Source: a virus (Duplodnaviria > Caudoviricetes). From it: a stretch of 64,000 bases of DNA. A program made the translations under genes and the position numbers. The notes beneath the pieces were generated by a model that was given only the letters and a program-made list of their open reading frames with translations, did not search any database and was not told the DNA's origin. The DNA is taken from the IMG/VR virus record IMGVR_UViG_3300042542_006078, one strand, 5' to 3'. Below, one piece after another: positions 1-9,484 of the stretch; the first letter of the stretch is position 1; each line of letters begins with the position of its first letter.

Positions 1-1108
1 GACCAGCAGCCTTGAAAAGCCTATGATAAGCTGTTAATGGGTCGAGAAGTCGGTTTGTTAAAGTAGGTTTGATTCCCATTCCAAAAAGCTCATCTTCGCT
101 GAATATCAAATGAAGAAAAGCTTTGTTGACTTGAAGATGTGTGTGGCATCCATGTCTGCTTGTCCAAGGATGGCATCTTATAAAAATCTTTCCTGTTGGG
201 TTTTTTACGGAAATTATTTTCTGGAATGATTTTTCAAATTCTTGTGCATGATCGATAATATCGTGAATGATAATCGCATCATATGGCCCTTCTTTCTCGA
301 TATCGCTCCATTTGTCTGAATAGATGAGTGATTTATCTTGGCAATATTTGCTCCAGTTATCACTTTTTTCAATGTCATATGACACAAATTTTTTGGTGTT
401 GAATAAAGTTTTAGCAACATAGCCGACATGTCCTTCTTTGCATCCAAATTGAAGAACATTTTTTTCTAATAGATCAACTTTGACCAAAGTACTTAGAATT
501 GCCGCTGCCTGATGCAGTTTTTCTTCTTCGTTGTCATGAACGATGTCTCCTTCTTCCATTGCTTCTGGCCAATGATCGCTTTTCATAAGGAACCGTAAAT
601 CTGTGAATTCTTTGAGTGAGTCATTGCTTGTAATTGTGACTTCATTCACTAAGTTTTCCTGATCAAGGAATTTCTGCATGAATGCTTTGAGAGAGTCCAA
701 TGTTTGGATGAAGTGTTGAACATCTTTTATTTCACTTTCTGTGTAGTTTTTGTGTTGTTGGTTTACTTTTCTAGGTGCCATTTTCTTTTGAATTTGAGTT
801 TGGTCTGGAAACATGAAGTTGGGGAATGGTGGTTGCATGGGAGGCATCCCTTGCATTTGTGGAGGATAAGGAGGCATTCCATGCATTTGTGGAGGATAAG
901 GAGGCATCCCTTGCATTTGTGGATGGAATGGAATTGGGAGGTTTTGAGGCGAGGCGGGTTGCCTTGATGCTAAATTTACCTTATCAGGAGAAGTTGCATT
1001 TTTTTGTGCTTCTTCTTTTTTTATCTTTTCCAATTCCTGCTTCATAAGTTCGTGTCTTTTCCTGAACTCACGGAATTCTTTGCCTACTTCTTCATTATTT
1101 TCGCTCAT
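1..1108 (-). CDS. Class I SAM-dependent methyltransferase with N-terminal Pro/Gln/Met repeats (3' end outside window; absent from ORF track)
   Basis: Open frame from ATG at 1108 (MSENNEEVGKEF...) to the window edge. Contains SDHWPEAM, VLQFGCKEGH, GPYDAIIIHDIIDH and IRCHPWTSRHG, which align with EWPEAV, ILDYGCGEGH, GPYDFVVLYDVLDH and VRCHSWMSRHG in paralog 38717..39529. Confidence 0.85.
   Translation of the reverse strand, partial: MSENNEEVGKEFREFRKRHELMKQELEKIKKEEAQKNATSPDKVNLASRQPASPQNLPIPFHPQMQGMPPYPPQMHGMPPYPPQMQGMPPMQPPFPNFMFPDQTQIQKKMAPRKVNQQHKNYTESEIKDVQHFIQTLDSLKAFMQKFLDQENLVNEVTITSNDSLKEFTDLRFLMKSDHWPEAMEEGDIVHDNEEEKLHQAAAILSTLVKVDLLEKNVLQFGCKEGHVGYVAKTLFNTKKFVSYDIEKSDNWSKYCQDKSLIYSDKWSDIEKEGPYDAIIIHDIIDHAQEFEKSFQKIISVKNPTGKIFIRCHPWTSRHGCHTHLQVNKAFLHLIFSEDELFGMGIKPTLTNRLLDPLTAYHRLFKAAG
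841..923. repeat. 30-bp tandem repeat, about 2.8 copies, encoding PQMxGMPPYP on the minus strand
   Basis: gaggcatcccttgcatttgtggaggataag and variants at 841, 871 and 901. Confidence 0.9.
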
Positions 1109-1143
1109 GGTGAACTCTTTTATGGTTAGAAATTCGTCACTAA

Positions 1144-1431
1144 ATGACAAAGTATATATCCATGAAAAAATTACAAGTTTTGTCTGATTATAGCGAAGAG
1201 TTTAAGCGTGAGATAAAATATCTTTCTGTTGATGGTGAGATTTTTGATTGGGGTATGGATTTGGATTCTTTGGCTGAGGCCAAAAAAGTGATTTCTCAGC
1301 ATAGGGATTTGGCAGAATCTGTTTCTATGTCAATTATCAATCACTTTCTTGAAAGTTTTTCAGATTTTATTGGTCAGCAAATATCACTCAGAAAATTACT
1401 CGATTCAATCGAGAAGGGGTTTATTGAATGA
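1144..1431 (+). CDS. Hypothetical protein
   Basis: 95-aa ORF overlapping the start of the next gene (TGA/ATG coupling). Confidence 0.6.
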   Translation: MTKYISMKKLQVLSDYSEEFKREIKYLSVDGEIFDWGMDLDSLAEAKKVISQHRDLAESVSMSIINHFLESFSDFIGQQISLRKLLDSIEKGFIE

Positions 1432-1961
1432 TTCTTTTTGAAGAAAATGATGATAGGTTTTATATAAAAGAATCTACATTGCAAAATGCTGGTAAGGGTG
1501 TTTTTGCATCTCGTGATATTTCTAAAGACGAATATTTGCCCATTTCTGGAGTTATGGTCAAAAGAGACTCGGATGCAGATCAATGCACATATTTTTTCAA
1601 TTCCTATAAATTTGCAGCTAATGTCAAGAGATGTGGCGATATAGTTGATATAGGAGAAAATGTCATAGTTCCTCTTGGCTTTGCAGCCATAGTCAACCAC
1701 ATCAATGATCAGAGGCAATCTGTTGAAATCAGATATGTTGGCGATCAGTTTCCACAAAAGTCTTCTCATTCTGGAAAAGCTGTTTATTGGTTTATCAGAG
1801 ATGTGAAAAAAGACGAGGAAATTTTTGGCAACTATGGCAAAGGATGGAACGATGTCCTCAATTGGGCCAACGATGTCAGATCAACTAATCAAATAGAAAA
1901 GCAAGATTGGGAAAAGTTTATTTTGATTGATCTTTATGGACTCAAAGAATTGGTTCAATAA
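1428..1961 (+). CDS. SET-domain protein (putative protein-lysine methyltransferase)
   Basis: SET motifs GKGVFASRDI, IVNH and RDVKKDEEIFGNYG. Confidence 0.85.
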   Translation: MILFEENDDRFYIKESTLQNAGKGVFASRDISKDEYLPISGVMVKRDSDADQCTYFFNSYKFAANVKRCGDIVDIGENVIVPLGFAAIVNHINDQRQSVEIRYVGDQFPQKSSHSGKAVYWFIRDVKKDEEIFGNYGKGWNDVLNWANDVRSTNQIEKQDWEKFILIDLYGLKELVQ

Positions 1962-1976
1962 TTATTTGGAGAGAAA

Positions 1977-2510
1977 TTGGAAAAATTTGATTTTAGTAGG
2001 CGCAAGATTGTCGGCTTGGTTTTTGATTTATCAATCAGGCATGATAAGAATGGGCAGAGAATAATTGATTTGGTCAAAGAATCATTGAAAAAAAGAGTCG
2101 TCGATAATGACGAAGACTTGTTTTTCTTTGTGTCCAATTTATCGAATAAGATGCCAAAAGGTGTCGGAGAGACCATTCAACAGATTGACTCATATGATGA
2201 TCCAATAGATTTTAATTATGGACAATCAGTAAAGTACATCATTAATTGCTTTGATGATTCAGTTGAAGATGTGGACAAGATTTTTCTTGCTATTACAGAT
2301 AGATTTGATAAAAAATATAAAGGTCATTATAAATCTGTTTTTGATATAAGTAATTCAAAAAACATGGAAATTAAGGTGATTTATTTGGGAGTTGGCAATC
2401 ATTATGATAAAGATGTTTTAGAAAAAGAAATTTCCAATCGAGGTGGCTATTTTGCTCATGTTGATGATTTGAAAAATTTAATTGATATTCTTAAAAAAGC
2501 AGGGGTGTAA
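1977..2510 (+). CDS. vWA-like domain protein
   Basis: LVFDLS, FLAITD and IKVIYLGVG...GGYFAHV resemble a degenerate vWA/MIDAS fold. Confidence 0.45.
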   Translation: MEKFDFSRRKIVGLVFDLSIRHDKNGQRIIDLVKESLKKRVVDNDEDLFFFVSNLSNKMPKGVGETIQQIDSYDDPIDFNYGQSVKYIINCFDDSVEDVDKIFLAITDRFDKKYKGHYKSVFDISNSKNMEIKVIYLGVGNHYDKDVLEKEISNRGGYFAHVDDLKNLIDILKKAGV

Positions 2511-2512
2511 AG

Positions 2513-3286
2513 ATGACAGATAAAGTGTTTGTTGCAAAAACGATAGAGTCGAAACCTTTTTATATGTCTCCTGTTGAAATTATCATTCCTTTTCATAATG
2601 AGCAGGCCAAAGTAATATCTTTGATTAATGATATTTTTATAACTGTGCAAAAAAATCGCTATCTGATAACATTAGTTGATGATGGTTCTGGAAATAAAGA
2701 TTTCACTAAGGAATTAGAAAAAAAGAAAATACCCGGATTACGATTCTTGAATCATGATGATTGCAAAGGATTTGGTGCTTCTGTAAATACTGCTCTCAAA
2801 AATCCATTCAGCAATCAAATTCCATTTGTTGCCATATTGCACTCTGATGTGCGTATTCGTGATCAAAACTGGCTTTTCAATCTGGGTCAAACCTTGTCTT
2901 CTCTTAAGCAAACAGGCGTTAAAATGATCTCTTCTTTAACCGACAATCCAGTTGTCGAAAATGAGTTTTTGAAAGCAAGTCATGGAGAGAAGAAAAAAGA
3001 TCATGTTTTAACAGATGGCTTTTTACCAATGTACTGTGTTTTATCACATAGAGATTTATTTAACAGGGTTGGTTTTTTGAAAGAATATCCATATGCGGGT
3101 GGAGAGGTAGAAGATTTCGCACAAAGAATGAAAAAAATGGGATTTAAGCAGGGAGTTTGCGGAAGCAGTTGGGTACAGCATGAAGGAAGAGGAACCCTAT
3201 CACAGTTTGCAAAAAATAAAAAAGTTCAAGAAATATTGCGAAATGTCGAGAATGAAAGAAACAAAGAGTATAAAAATGGTAGTTGA
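2513..3286 (+). CDS. Glycosyltransferase family 2
   Basis: IIIPFHNE, LVDDGS, GFGASVN and LHSD (DxD-like). Confidence 0.85.
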   Translation: MTDKVFVAKTIESKPFYMSPVEIIIPFHNEQAKVISLINDIFITVQKNRYLITLVDDGSGNKDFTKELEKKKIPGLRFLNHDDCKGFGASVNTALKNPFSNQIPFVAILHSDVRIRDQNWLFNLGQTLSSLKQTGVKMISSLTDNPVVENEFLKASHGEKKKDHVLTDGFLPMYCVLSHRDLFNRVGFLKEYPYAGGEVEDFAQRMKKMGFKQGVCGSSWVQHEGRGTLSQFAKNKKVQEILRNVENERNKEYKNGS

Positions 3287-3325
3287 ATAGTGTATATACT
3301 ATGATCAGATTCATAGGAGGTCATA

Positions 3326-3481
3326 ATGCGTTGCAAAAAAAATGACGGCACTTTCACAACCACTACTTGGAAATTTTACACAGCAGCTTGCTCAAAAGTT
3401 CAACAGTCTCTTGGAATTTGCTCTGGTGTATCAGGTGCGTGGGTTCCCGCTGTGACTGTTTGCAATCTTCGTCTTTTCTGA
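3326..3481 (+). CDS. Small 51-aa Cys/Thr/Ser-rich protein (not in ORF track)
   Basis: AGGAGG RBS 5 nt before ATG; MRCKKNDGTFTTTTWKFYTAACSKVQQSLGICSGVSGAWVPAVTVCNLRLF; followed by an intrinsic terminator. Confidence 0.6.
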   Translation: MRCKKNDGTFTTTTWKFYTAACSKVQQSLGICSGVSGAWVPAVTVCNLRLF

Positions 3482-3507
3482 TTTCTATTTTCCAATTATT
3501 TCCATGA

Positions 3508-3541
3508 ATCATGGCTGGGTAACCAGCCATGATTTTTTTGT
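3508..3541 (+). terminator. Intrinsic terminator
   Basis: aatcatggctgg-gtaa-ccagccatgatt followed by a T-tract. Confidence 0.8.
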
Positions 3542-3595
3542 TGACTTGATATTTGAATATTTGTAATATAAATCCTCTATGTCCAAGAGGGTTTT

Positions 3596-4246
3596 TTGAT
3601 GCTTTCTTTTGTTCTGGCTTGTTTTTCTTATTTCAACAATAATTTTTTTGAAAATCATCTTGTTATTCCTGAATTACAAATTGATCTGACCAAAAAATTC
3701 GCAATGCGTTTTGATGGGATTACAAATCAGCTTGTCGTTGGAAGCGGCATCTTGCATGTAAAAAATAAATATGATTTTTCAAATCATGTATTGCACGAAA
3801 TGATTCATATTGACAACCATATAAATCACATTGAAGATGTGAACAACAACCAATATCACACCATGAAGTTTGCAAGCCATGCATTAAGAATTGGACTTGG
3901 TGTCCAGAAAGATAAAAATCAAGGATGGTCACTTACCAAAATAATCGCACAAGGTAAGATGAGGAAAGATTTCAAAATAAATCATGAAGCCAATCGCAGA
4001 ATGAATGATTTAGTTGAGAATTTAGACTTTGATGAAAAAAATTATTTGAATTGTTTGGAATTGCTGATTGAACAGGCAAAGCTTTTGAAGCCAAGCAAAT
4101 TATTTTTTCTTAAATATGAATGTTCATGTCCGCCACCACACAACTCAATCAGGTCTGGCAGAAGACCTGATGGCAATAATCCAATTGATATAATTTGCGA
4201 TCATTGTAAATATAAGTTTATTTGTGTTTCTCCTTTAGATGACTGA
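3596..4246 (+). CDS. SprT-like zinc metalloprotease domain protein
   Basis: HEMIH zincin motif, YFNNNFFENHL N-terminal motif and C-terminal Cys cluster (YECSC...CDHC). Confidence 0.75.
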   Translation: MMLSFVLACFSYFNNNFFENHLVIPELQIDLTKKFAMRFDGITNQLVVGSGILHVKNKYDFSNHVLHEMIHIDNHINHIEDVNNNQYHTMKFASHALRIGLGVQKDKNQGWSLTKIIAQGKMRKDFKINHEANRRMNDLVENLDFDEKNYLNCLELLIEQAKLLKPSKLFFLKYECSCPPPHNSIRSGRRPDGNNPIDIICDHCKYKFICVSPLDD

Positions 4247-4625
4247 CATGCGGCATTTCAAACTCAGCATCTGGATCAATTCTTTTGATGACTTTTTGAA
4301 AGACTAGGTAAAGTATTGTCGTGATAATCGTGAACTCAAGGAATGAGTTCAAAAGATTGCCTACTTCTATGTCCATTCCTTCTATTGGCGTAAAGACAAG
4401 GTGCCTCCAGTTGCCACTTGTTTTGGATAGAAGGAAATTAATTATTGGCATGAGGAATGATTCGGTTATAGAAGAAGCAAATTTCTGTGTTTGAGTCGCC
4501 AAAACAAGGGCCAATGCCATGACAAAGAAGTTTTTCTTGTAAGCGAAATTCTTGTATTCGTTGAATTCTTGCTTCAGTTTGTCTTGACTGATGAAATTTT
4601 TTTCAGTCGAAGAATTTTCCTGCAT
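4218..4625 (-). CDS. mscL: MscL-like large-conductance mechanosensitive channel
   Basis: EFNEYKNFAYKKN...LALVLA...SSITESFLMPIIN...GNLLNSFLEFTII follows the MscL TM1/TM2 pattern. Confidence 0.7.
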   Translation of the reverse strand: MQENSSTEKNFISQDKLKQEFNEYKNFAYKKNFFVMALALVLATQTQKFASSITESFLMPIINFLLSKTSGNWRHLVFTPIEGMDIEVGNLLNSFLEFTIITTILYLVFQKVIKRIDPDAEFEMPHVSHLKEKHK

Positions 4626-4803
4626 TACTTAAACTCCATTTTACTTCCAAACAAAAACCGTGTATGGTCGCTATTGCCATCATCGTGTGATGGCGCTGTT
4701 CATAGATCATTATACCTGATCCGTGACTCATGGGCAATTCTTGTAAATCTGTCGTGATTCAACAGGACAGAATGGAACCGCTATTTTTAGCCGGGGAGGC
4801 ACG

Positions 4804-6069
4804 ATGTCTACCAATATGATCAATTCAAGAAGCTCGTCAAAGGATGATGGGCTAAAGATGATGCAAATGCCGAATGGCACTAAGCATCTGACTGGGAATC
4901 TCTACATGATTCCATTTGCCAGCATTCGTTCTCCGCAAAACAATCCTCGTCTCTTGACTGAACAGGGCAGGAATGACCTTCTTGATAGGGAGCTTTCGAG
5001 TCAGCTTCGTGATTCGATTCGTCGTAACACCTTGCTTAATCCGCTTGTTTGTCGATGGGTTATCGAGGATGGCAAAGCCATCCCAACAATAGTAGGTGGT
5101 GATCGTCGTCATCGGGCCTTGGATGTTCTTATTAGGCAGAAGGTTGAGGTCGTTGACCCTCGCAGCCCTCGACATAGCGATAACGGGCATTTTGTCAATT
5201 CTTCGGTAACAACAGCCGATCTTGCTTACGAATTTGTGCCATGCCAAGTTTTTATTTGTAACGATGACATTGATGCACTCACTTTAGCATGGGCAGAAAA
5301 TAAGAACAGGATTAACTTAACTGATGGCCATGAGATAGCCCAAGTTATCCAGCTTCGTGAGAATGGGGCTACAGATTCTCAGATAGTTGATATTCTCCAG
5401 CGCAACCAAAAATGGCTTGCCGATACTGACAGGTTGATTGCTTCTCTTGATTCTCACACCTTGACCGACTTGCTTGAAGGCCGTCTGGAAAGGACCGCTG
5501 CTGTTGAATTGGCCGCAATTGAAGATCTTGCTGTTCGTGACAGCGTAAGGCTTGAGGCAAACGAACAGGCAGTAGCATCTTGGTCGAAGAAGATTAATCG
5601 TTTGAGGAACAAGGTTGATGCTGCCAATGCCAATATTGAGAGAGCAGAAGGCAGAATGGTGCTTGCCATGGACGATGAGGAAGTCGAAGAGGCAAGGGAG
5701 GAGCTTGCAGTAGCACAGGCAAATTCCCGTGATGCTCGAAGAGAAATGTCTGAGAACGAAAATCCAGTTACAACAACTGGTAATATTAGGACTGCATCAA
5801 GATCACAAACAGGATCAGTTCCAACTACTGGAAACAAGCGTGGACCAAAGGGCGGTTCAAGGAAGATGAGGGAATCTAAGATTCAGGAGGGTCTTGAGTT
5901 CTTCGTGAATCTGGTGAAATCTAAAGGTCTTCCTCCTGATGCCTCTTTCACAGCAGATGTAAACGCCATTAAACTTGTGGCCAACATTTTCCGTGATAAT
6001 ATTATCGGCAACAATCCTGATTGGATGGGAACCCTGAGACGGTTCTACTCAGATCGTGATTCAAAATGA
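4804..6069 (+). CDS. ParB/Srx N-terminal domain protein with coiled-coil C-terminus
   Basis: NPR...LRDSIRRNTLLNPLVC...IVGGDRRHRAL...AENKNRINLT; GGAGG RBS. Confidence 0.8.
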   Translation: MSTNMINSRSSSKDDGLKMMQMPNGTKHLTGNLYMIPFASIRSPQNNPRLLTEQGRNDLLDRELSSQLRDSIRRNTLLNPLVCRWVIEDGKAIPTIVGGDRRHRALDVLIRQKVEVVDPRSPRHSDNGHFVNSSVTTADLAYEFVPCQVFICNDDIDALTLAWAENKNRINLTDGHEIAQVIQLRENGATDSQIVDILQRNQKWLADTDRLIASLDSHTLTDLLEGRLERTAAVELAAIEDLAVRDSVRLEANEQAVASWSKKINRLRNKVDAANANIERAEGRMVLAMDDEEVEEAREELAVAQANSRDARREMSENENPVTTTGNIRTASRSQTGSVPTTGNKRGPKGGSRKMRESKIQEGLEFFVNLVKSKGLPPDASFTADVNAIKLVANIFRDNIIGNNPDWMGTLRRFYSDRDSK

Positions 6070-6086
6070 TAAATTGAATTGTTTGA

Positions 6087-6128
6087 ATAAATGCAAACAG
6101 GCCAAAAACCTGTTTGCATTTATTTTTG
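6087..6128. terminator. Intrinsic terminator (GCARACAGG family)
   Basis: aataaatgcaaacagg-ccaaaaa-cctgtttgcatttatt followed by T's. Confidence 0.8.
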
Positions 6129-6150
6129 ATAAATGATTTGAATATATATT

Positions 6151-6462
6151 TTGATGATTAAATCTTGCCCATTTTGTGGTCACAGTTTGCAAAAAGAATT
6201 GCAAGATGGTTTGACATCTTGCTGCAATTGTGAACAGGTATTCGATACGAGCGAATTAAACAAACTATTGTCTGCTTCTTGGTTGGTTCGCAAGAACCAT
6301 TATAATCGAGAGCAACTTAAATGGCACACCAAATTGGATGACGAACTAATCACTTTGGTTATGACATTTGTTTCAGAAAATAGTTATTCACATCAGGAAT
6401 TTGTTCAATTCCTGAAAAGATTAGGTCGATTTGCCATTCATCAAAAATCAGCCAATCGATGA
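6151..6462 (+). CDS. Zn-ribbon-containing hypothetical protein
   Basis: CPFCGH...CCNC. Confidence 0.6.
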   Translation: MMIKSCPFCGHSLQKELQDGLTSCCNCEQVFDTSELNKLLSASWLVRKNHYNREQLKWHTKLDDELITLVMTFVSENSYSHQEFVQFLKRLGRFAIHQKSANR

Positions 6463-6465
6463 TTT

Positions 6466-6720
6466 TTAGTTATCTGCCAATTGATCATCTGAGTCTGTAA
6501 TGGCAGATATCTGTCCTTTTGGGGCACGGCTATCGATTTCAACCGAATTGGATGCTGATGCCAATTCAGATCGAAGAACCATGACCTTTTTGGGGGCTTC
6601 GATACCAATCCTTACCTTATTACGATTATCGATTCTTACAATTGTTAGGGTTATGGGTTCCTCAAGACCGGGAACCCGAACGATTATTTGCTCATCCTTT
6701 TTGCGACTTAGTACCAACAT
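6466..6720 (-). CDS. csrA: Carbon storage regulator CsrA (RNA-binding translational regulator)
   Basis: MLVLSRKKDEQI...KVRIGIEAPKKVMVLRSEL. Confidence 0.92.
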   Translation of the reverse strand: MLVLSRKKDEQIIVRVPGLEEPITLTIVRIDNRNKVRIGIEAPKKVMVLRSELASASNSVEIDSRAPKGQISAITDSDDQLADN

Positions 6721-6899
6721 TTTTATTTCCTTTGTGGTATTCCCCGTATATGACGGTTTTCTAAGTTAAGTTAGTTTTGTTTCATAGAAATTTTTCACTT
6801 CTGGCAAAAAAAAACGATTTTGGTATTTACAACCAAAAGTAATCAAATTACAAATGAGTTAATGGCACGAAATAAACCTTTCTATTGTTTGGAAGGTAG

Positions 6900-7379
6900 G
6901 TGTCATTAACTTTAGTTACTGGTGTCACTATGAAGCACAATAATAACAGCAACGGCGAATTTCGCCTTTTTTCTGAACAACTCAATCAGATTCGGGATTC
7001 TATTCGGGATCATGAAAAGGAAATTGAGACTCATATCGAGCATATTAGAAAGCTTCGACTCCAACAGAGGCGTTATGAAAAATGCAATCGTCTTCTTTCT
7101 GAAAATGATGATGACAACAAACCAGCCGCTACTCGATCCCGCTCTGCGTCAACAAATGATCCAAAACGCATGGCCTTGCCAGCACTTTTGGAAATGATCG
7201 GCCAACAACAGAACAAGGGAATCAGGTATAAGGATATGGCTGTTCTTGTGAAGAACTCTGGATATCGGAGCCATTCCAAGAACTTTAGCAACATGGTATA
7301 TCAAGCACTTGAAAAACTTGTCAATAAAGGTAGGTTTCAGAAAGACAGGGAAACTCTTGAGTACACATACGCAGGTTGA
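6900..7379 (+). CDS. Coiled-coil protein with probable C-terminal winged-helix domain (start may be ATG 6930)
   Basis: Heptad region followed by GIRYKDMAVLVKNSGY...VYQALEKLVNKGRF. Confidence 0.5.
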   Translation: MSLTLVTGVTMKHNNNSNGEFRLFSEQLNQIRDSIRDHEKEIETHIEHIRKLRLQQRRYEKCNRLLSENDDDNKPAATRSRSASTNDPKRMALPALLEMIGQQQNKGIRYKDMAVLVKNSGYRSHSKNFSNMVYQALEKLVNKGRFQKDRETLEYTYAG

Positions 7380-7402
7380 TTCAAGATGTTGTTGAATATT
7401 TC

Positions 7403-7433
7403 AAGCAGACAGGTCAATCCTGTCTGCTTTTTT
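7403..7433 (+). terminator. Intrinsic terminator (GCARACAGG family)
   Basis: aagcagacagg-tcaat-cctgtctgctt followed by a T-tract. Confidence 0.85.
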
Positions 7434-7538
7434 GTTTGCCCTCGAATAATAAGAAAAAACATATATACTCCGACAGGCCAATGAGGTAGATTACATCTGG
7501 AAATCCATCGAAAGATGTGGCTCTGTAAGGAGTTTCGC

Positions 7539-8801
7539 ATGGCTAGGAAAAAGGGGCCTTTTTGTGATTATTGCGGTCTTGCTAGTTCTCAAGTTGGTAC
7601 ACTTGTAGAAGGCCCAACAATTGACAAAGAGCAGAATGGCAGACCAGCAGGAAATAAGGTTTACATTTGTGCTGAGTGTATAGATGTTTGCCAGTCGATG
7701 GTTCGCAAAAAGTCTTCAACCAAGTTCAAGCTGGATGATTTGCCAACCCCAAAGCAAATTGTTGAAGAGCTTGATAAATCAATCATTGGTCAAGATAAGG
7801 CCAAGAAATCGCTTGCAGTCGCAATTATCAATCACTACAAGCGTTTGTCCCAAAATGTCGAAGTGACTGATGATGATCCATTTTCGGATGTGACAATTGA
7901 AAAGTCCAACATTCTTTTAATTGGCCCAACAGGAAGCGGCAAAACATCTCTTGCCAGAACAATATCGAAAATGTTGCGTGTTCCATTTGCAATTGGAGAT
8001 GCCACTACTCTCACCGAAGCTGGATATGTGGGAGAAGATGTGGAAAACCTCGTCCTCAAGATATTGAGGGAGGCCGACTTTGATGTCGATTTGGCTCAGA
8101 CTGGAATCATCTTTTTAGACGAAATCGACAAGATTGGGAAGACATCCCACAATGTGAGCATTACTAGGGATGTGAGCGGAGAAGGAGTGCAGCAAGCACT
8201 TTTGAAAATGCTTGAAGGAACAATATGCAATGTGCCACCGGGAGGAGGCAGAAAGCATCCTGAACAACAGTTTGTTCAGGTTGATACCACAAATGTGCTT
8301 TTCGTTTGCGGAGGTGCATTTAATGGTCTTGATGATATTGTTAAACGCAGAATCGGTAAAAAAAGCATGGGATTCAATAGCACTGCCAAAAATGAAAATG
8401 AAGATTGGTTTCTCGAACAAGTCACTCAAGAGGACTTGATTGAATACGGTATGATTCCTGAGCTTGTTGGCAGGCTTCCAATCGTGACTCCTTTGCGGGG
8501 TCTTGATGAAGAAGCTTTATTGAAAATTTTGACTGAACCTAAAGACGCATTGATTAAGCAATATCAAAAAATGTGTTGGCAGGACGATGTTAAGCTCGTA
8601 TTTACGAATGATTCCTTGAGATCCATAGCAAAGAAAGCTATTGATATAGGAACTGGAGCTAGGGGTCTGAGAACAGTCATGGAGGGATTTATGATTGAAA
8701 TTATGTACAATTTGTCCGAACATCAGGGAGAAAAAGTCACTGTGACTAAGGAAGTAGTGGATGGACAACCAGCTAAATTTAGCAAAAATTTGGCAGCATA
8801 G
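7539..8801 (+). CDS. clpX: ATP-dependent Clp protease ATP-binding subunit ClpX
   Basis: C4 Zn finger (CDYCG...CAEC), Walker [21 protein letters not shown], Walker [16 protein letters not shown]; AAGGAG RBS before ATG 7539. Confidence 0.97.
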   Translation: MARKKGPFCDYCGLASSQVGTLVEGPTIDKEQNGRPAGNKVYICAECIDVCQSMVRKKSSTKFKLDDLPTPKQIVEELDKSIIGQDKAKKSLAVAIINHYKRLSQNVEVTDDDPFSDVTIEKSNILLIGPTGSGKTSLARTISKMLRVPFAIGDATTLTEAGYVGEDVENLVLKILREADFDVDLAQTGIIFLDEIDKIGKTSHNVSITRDVSGEGVQQALLKMLEGTICNVPPGGGRKHPEQQFVQVDTTNVLFVCGGAFNGLDDIVKRRIGKKSMGFNSTAKNENEDWFLEQVTQEDLIEYGMIPELVGRLPIVTPLRGLDEEALLKILTEPKDALIKQYQKMCWQDDVKLVFTNDSLRSIAKKAIDIGTGARGLRTVMEGFMIEIMYNLSEHQGEKVTVTKEVVDGQPAKFSKNLAA

Positions 8802-8827
8802 TTGACAAAAATAAGGCATTCTGTCTT

Positions 8828-9484
8828 ATGGACAAACAATTAAAAAAACTTACTCTTTGCGGGGATGTTCATGGCAATATCCCCGCATATCTTGATCTTG
8901 TCAAAAATTCAGATTATTCAATACAACTTGGCGATCTCGGCTTTATTTACAAGCCGATTATATTTAATGTTTCATCTGAATTTCACAAAATTGTAGCTGG
9001 AAATCATGATAATTATACTATAGAGAAAGGTGTGTTCGTTGATCAAACATCACATTTTCTTGGTGATTTTGGTGTTCATGTTGTTCCTGAAATCGGCTCT
9101 TTCTTTTTCATTCGTGGAGGACAAAGCATCGACAGGGATCAAAGGCTTGTTGGGATAGATTGGTGGCATGAAGAGGAATTGAGCTACGAAAAATGTGTTC
9201 AGGCTTGCAATTATTACCAAGAAATCAAGCCAGAAATCGTAATATCTCATGAATGCCCAAAAGAAGTAATTCCTTATGTGTCTAAAATGGAGAGATATAA
9301 CGGAAGGCCTATAAGGGAAAGCAGGACTTCTTTGATTTTGCAAAATATGATTGAAATCCATAGACCTAGGCATTGGTTTTTTGGTCATTATCATGTAAGT
9401 TGGTCTATGATGATAGGTAGAACGCAATTTCGTTGCCTGAACGAGCTTGAAACATTTAACATATTTGAAGGCGGTCTTTCATGA
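8828..9484 (+). CDS. Calcineurin-like metallophosphoesterase
   Basis: GDVHG, QLGDLG, GNHD and FGHYH motifs. Confidence 0.9.
   Translation: MDKQLKKLTLCGDVHGNIPAYLDLVKNSDYSIQLGDLGFIYKPIIFNVSSEFHKIVAGNHDNYTIEKGVFVDQTSHFLGDFGVHVVPEIGSFFFIRGGQSIDRDQRLVGIDWWHEEELSYEKCVQACNYYQEIKPEIVISHECPKEVIPYVSKMERYNGRPIRESRTSLILQNMIEIHRPRHWFFGHYHVSWSMMIGRTQFRCLNELETFNIFEGGLS

Noticed and set aside
704-1047. Plus-strand ORFs 704..967 and 826..1047
   Set aside because: Shadows of the minus-strand methyltransferase gene and its repeat
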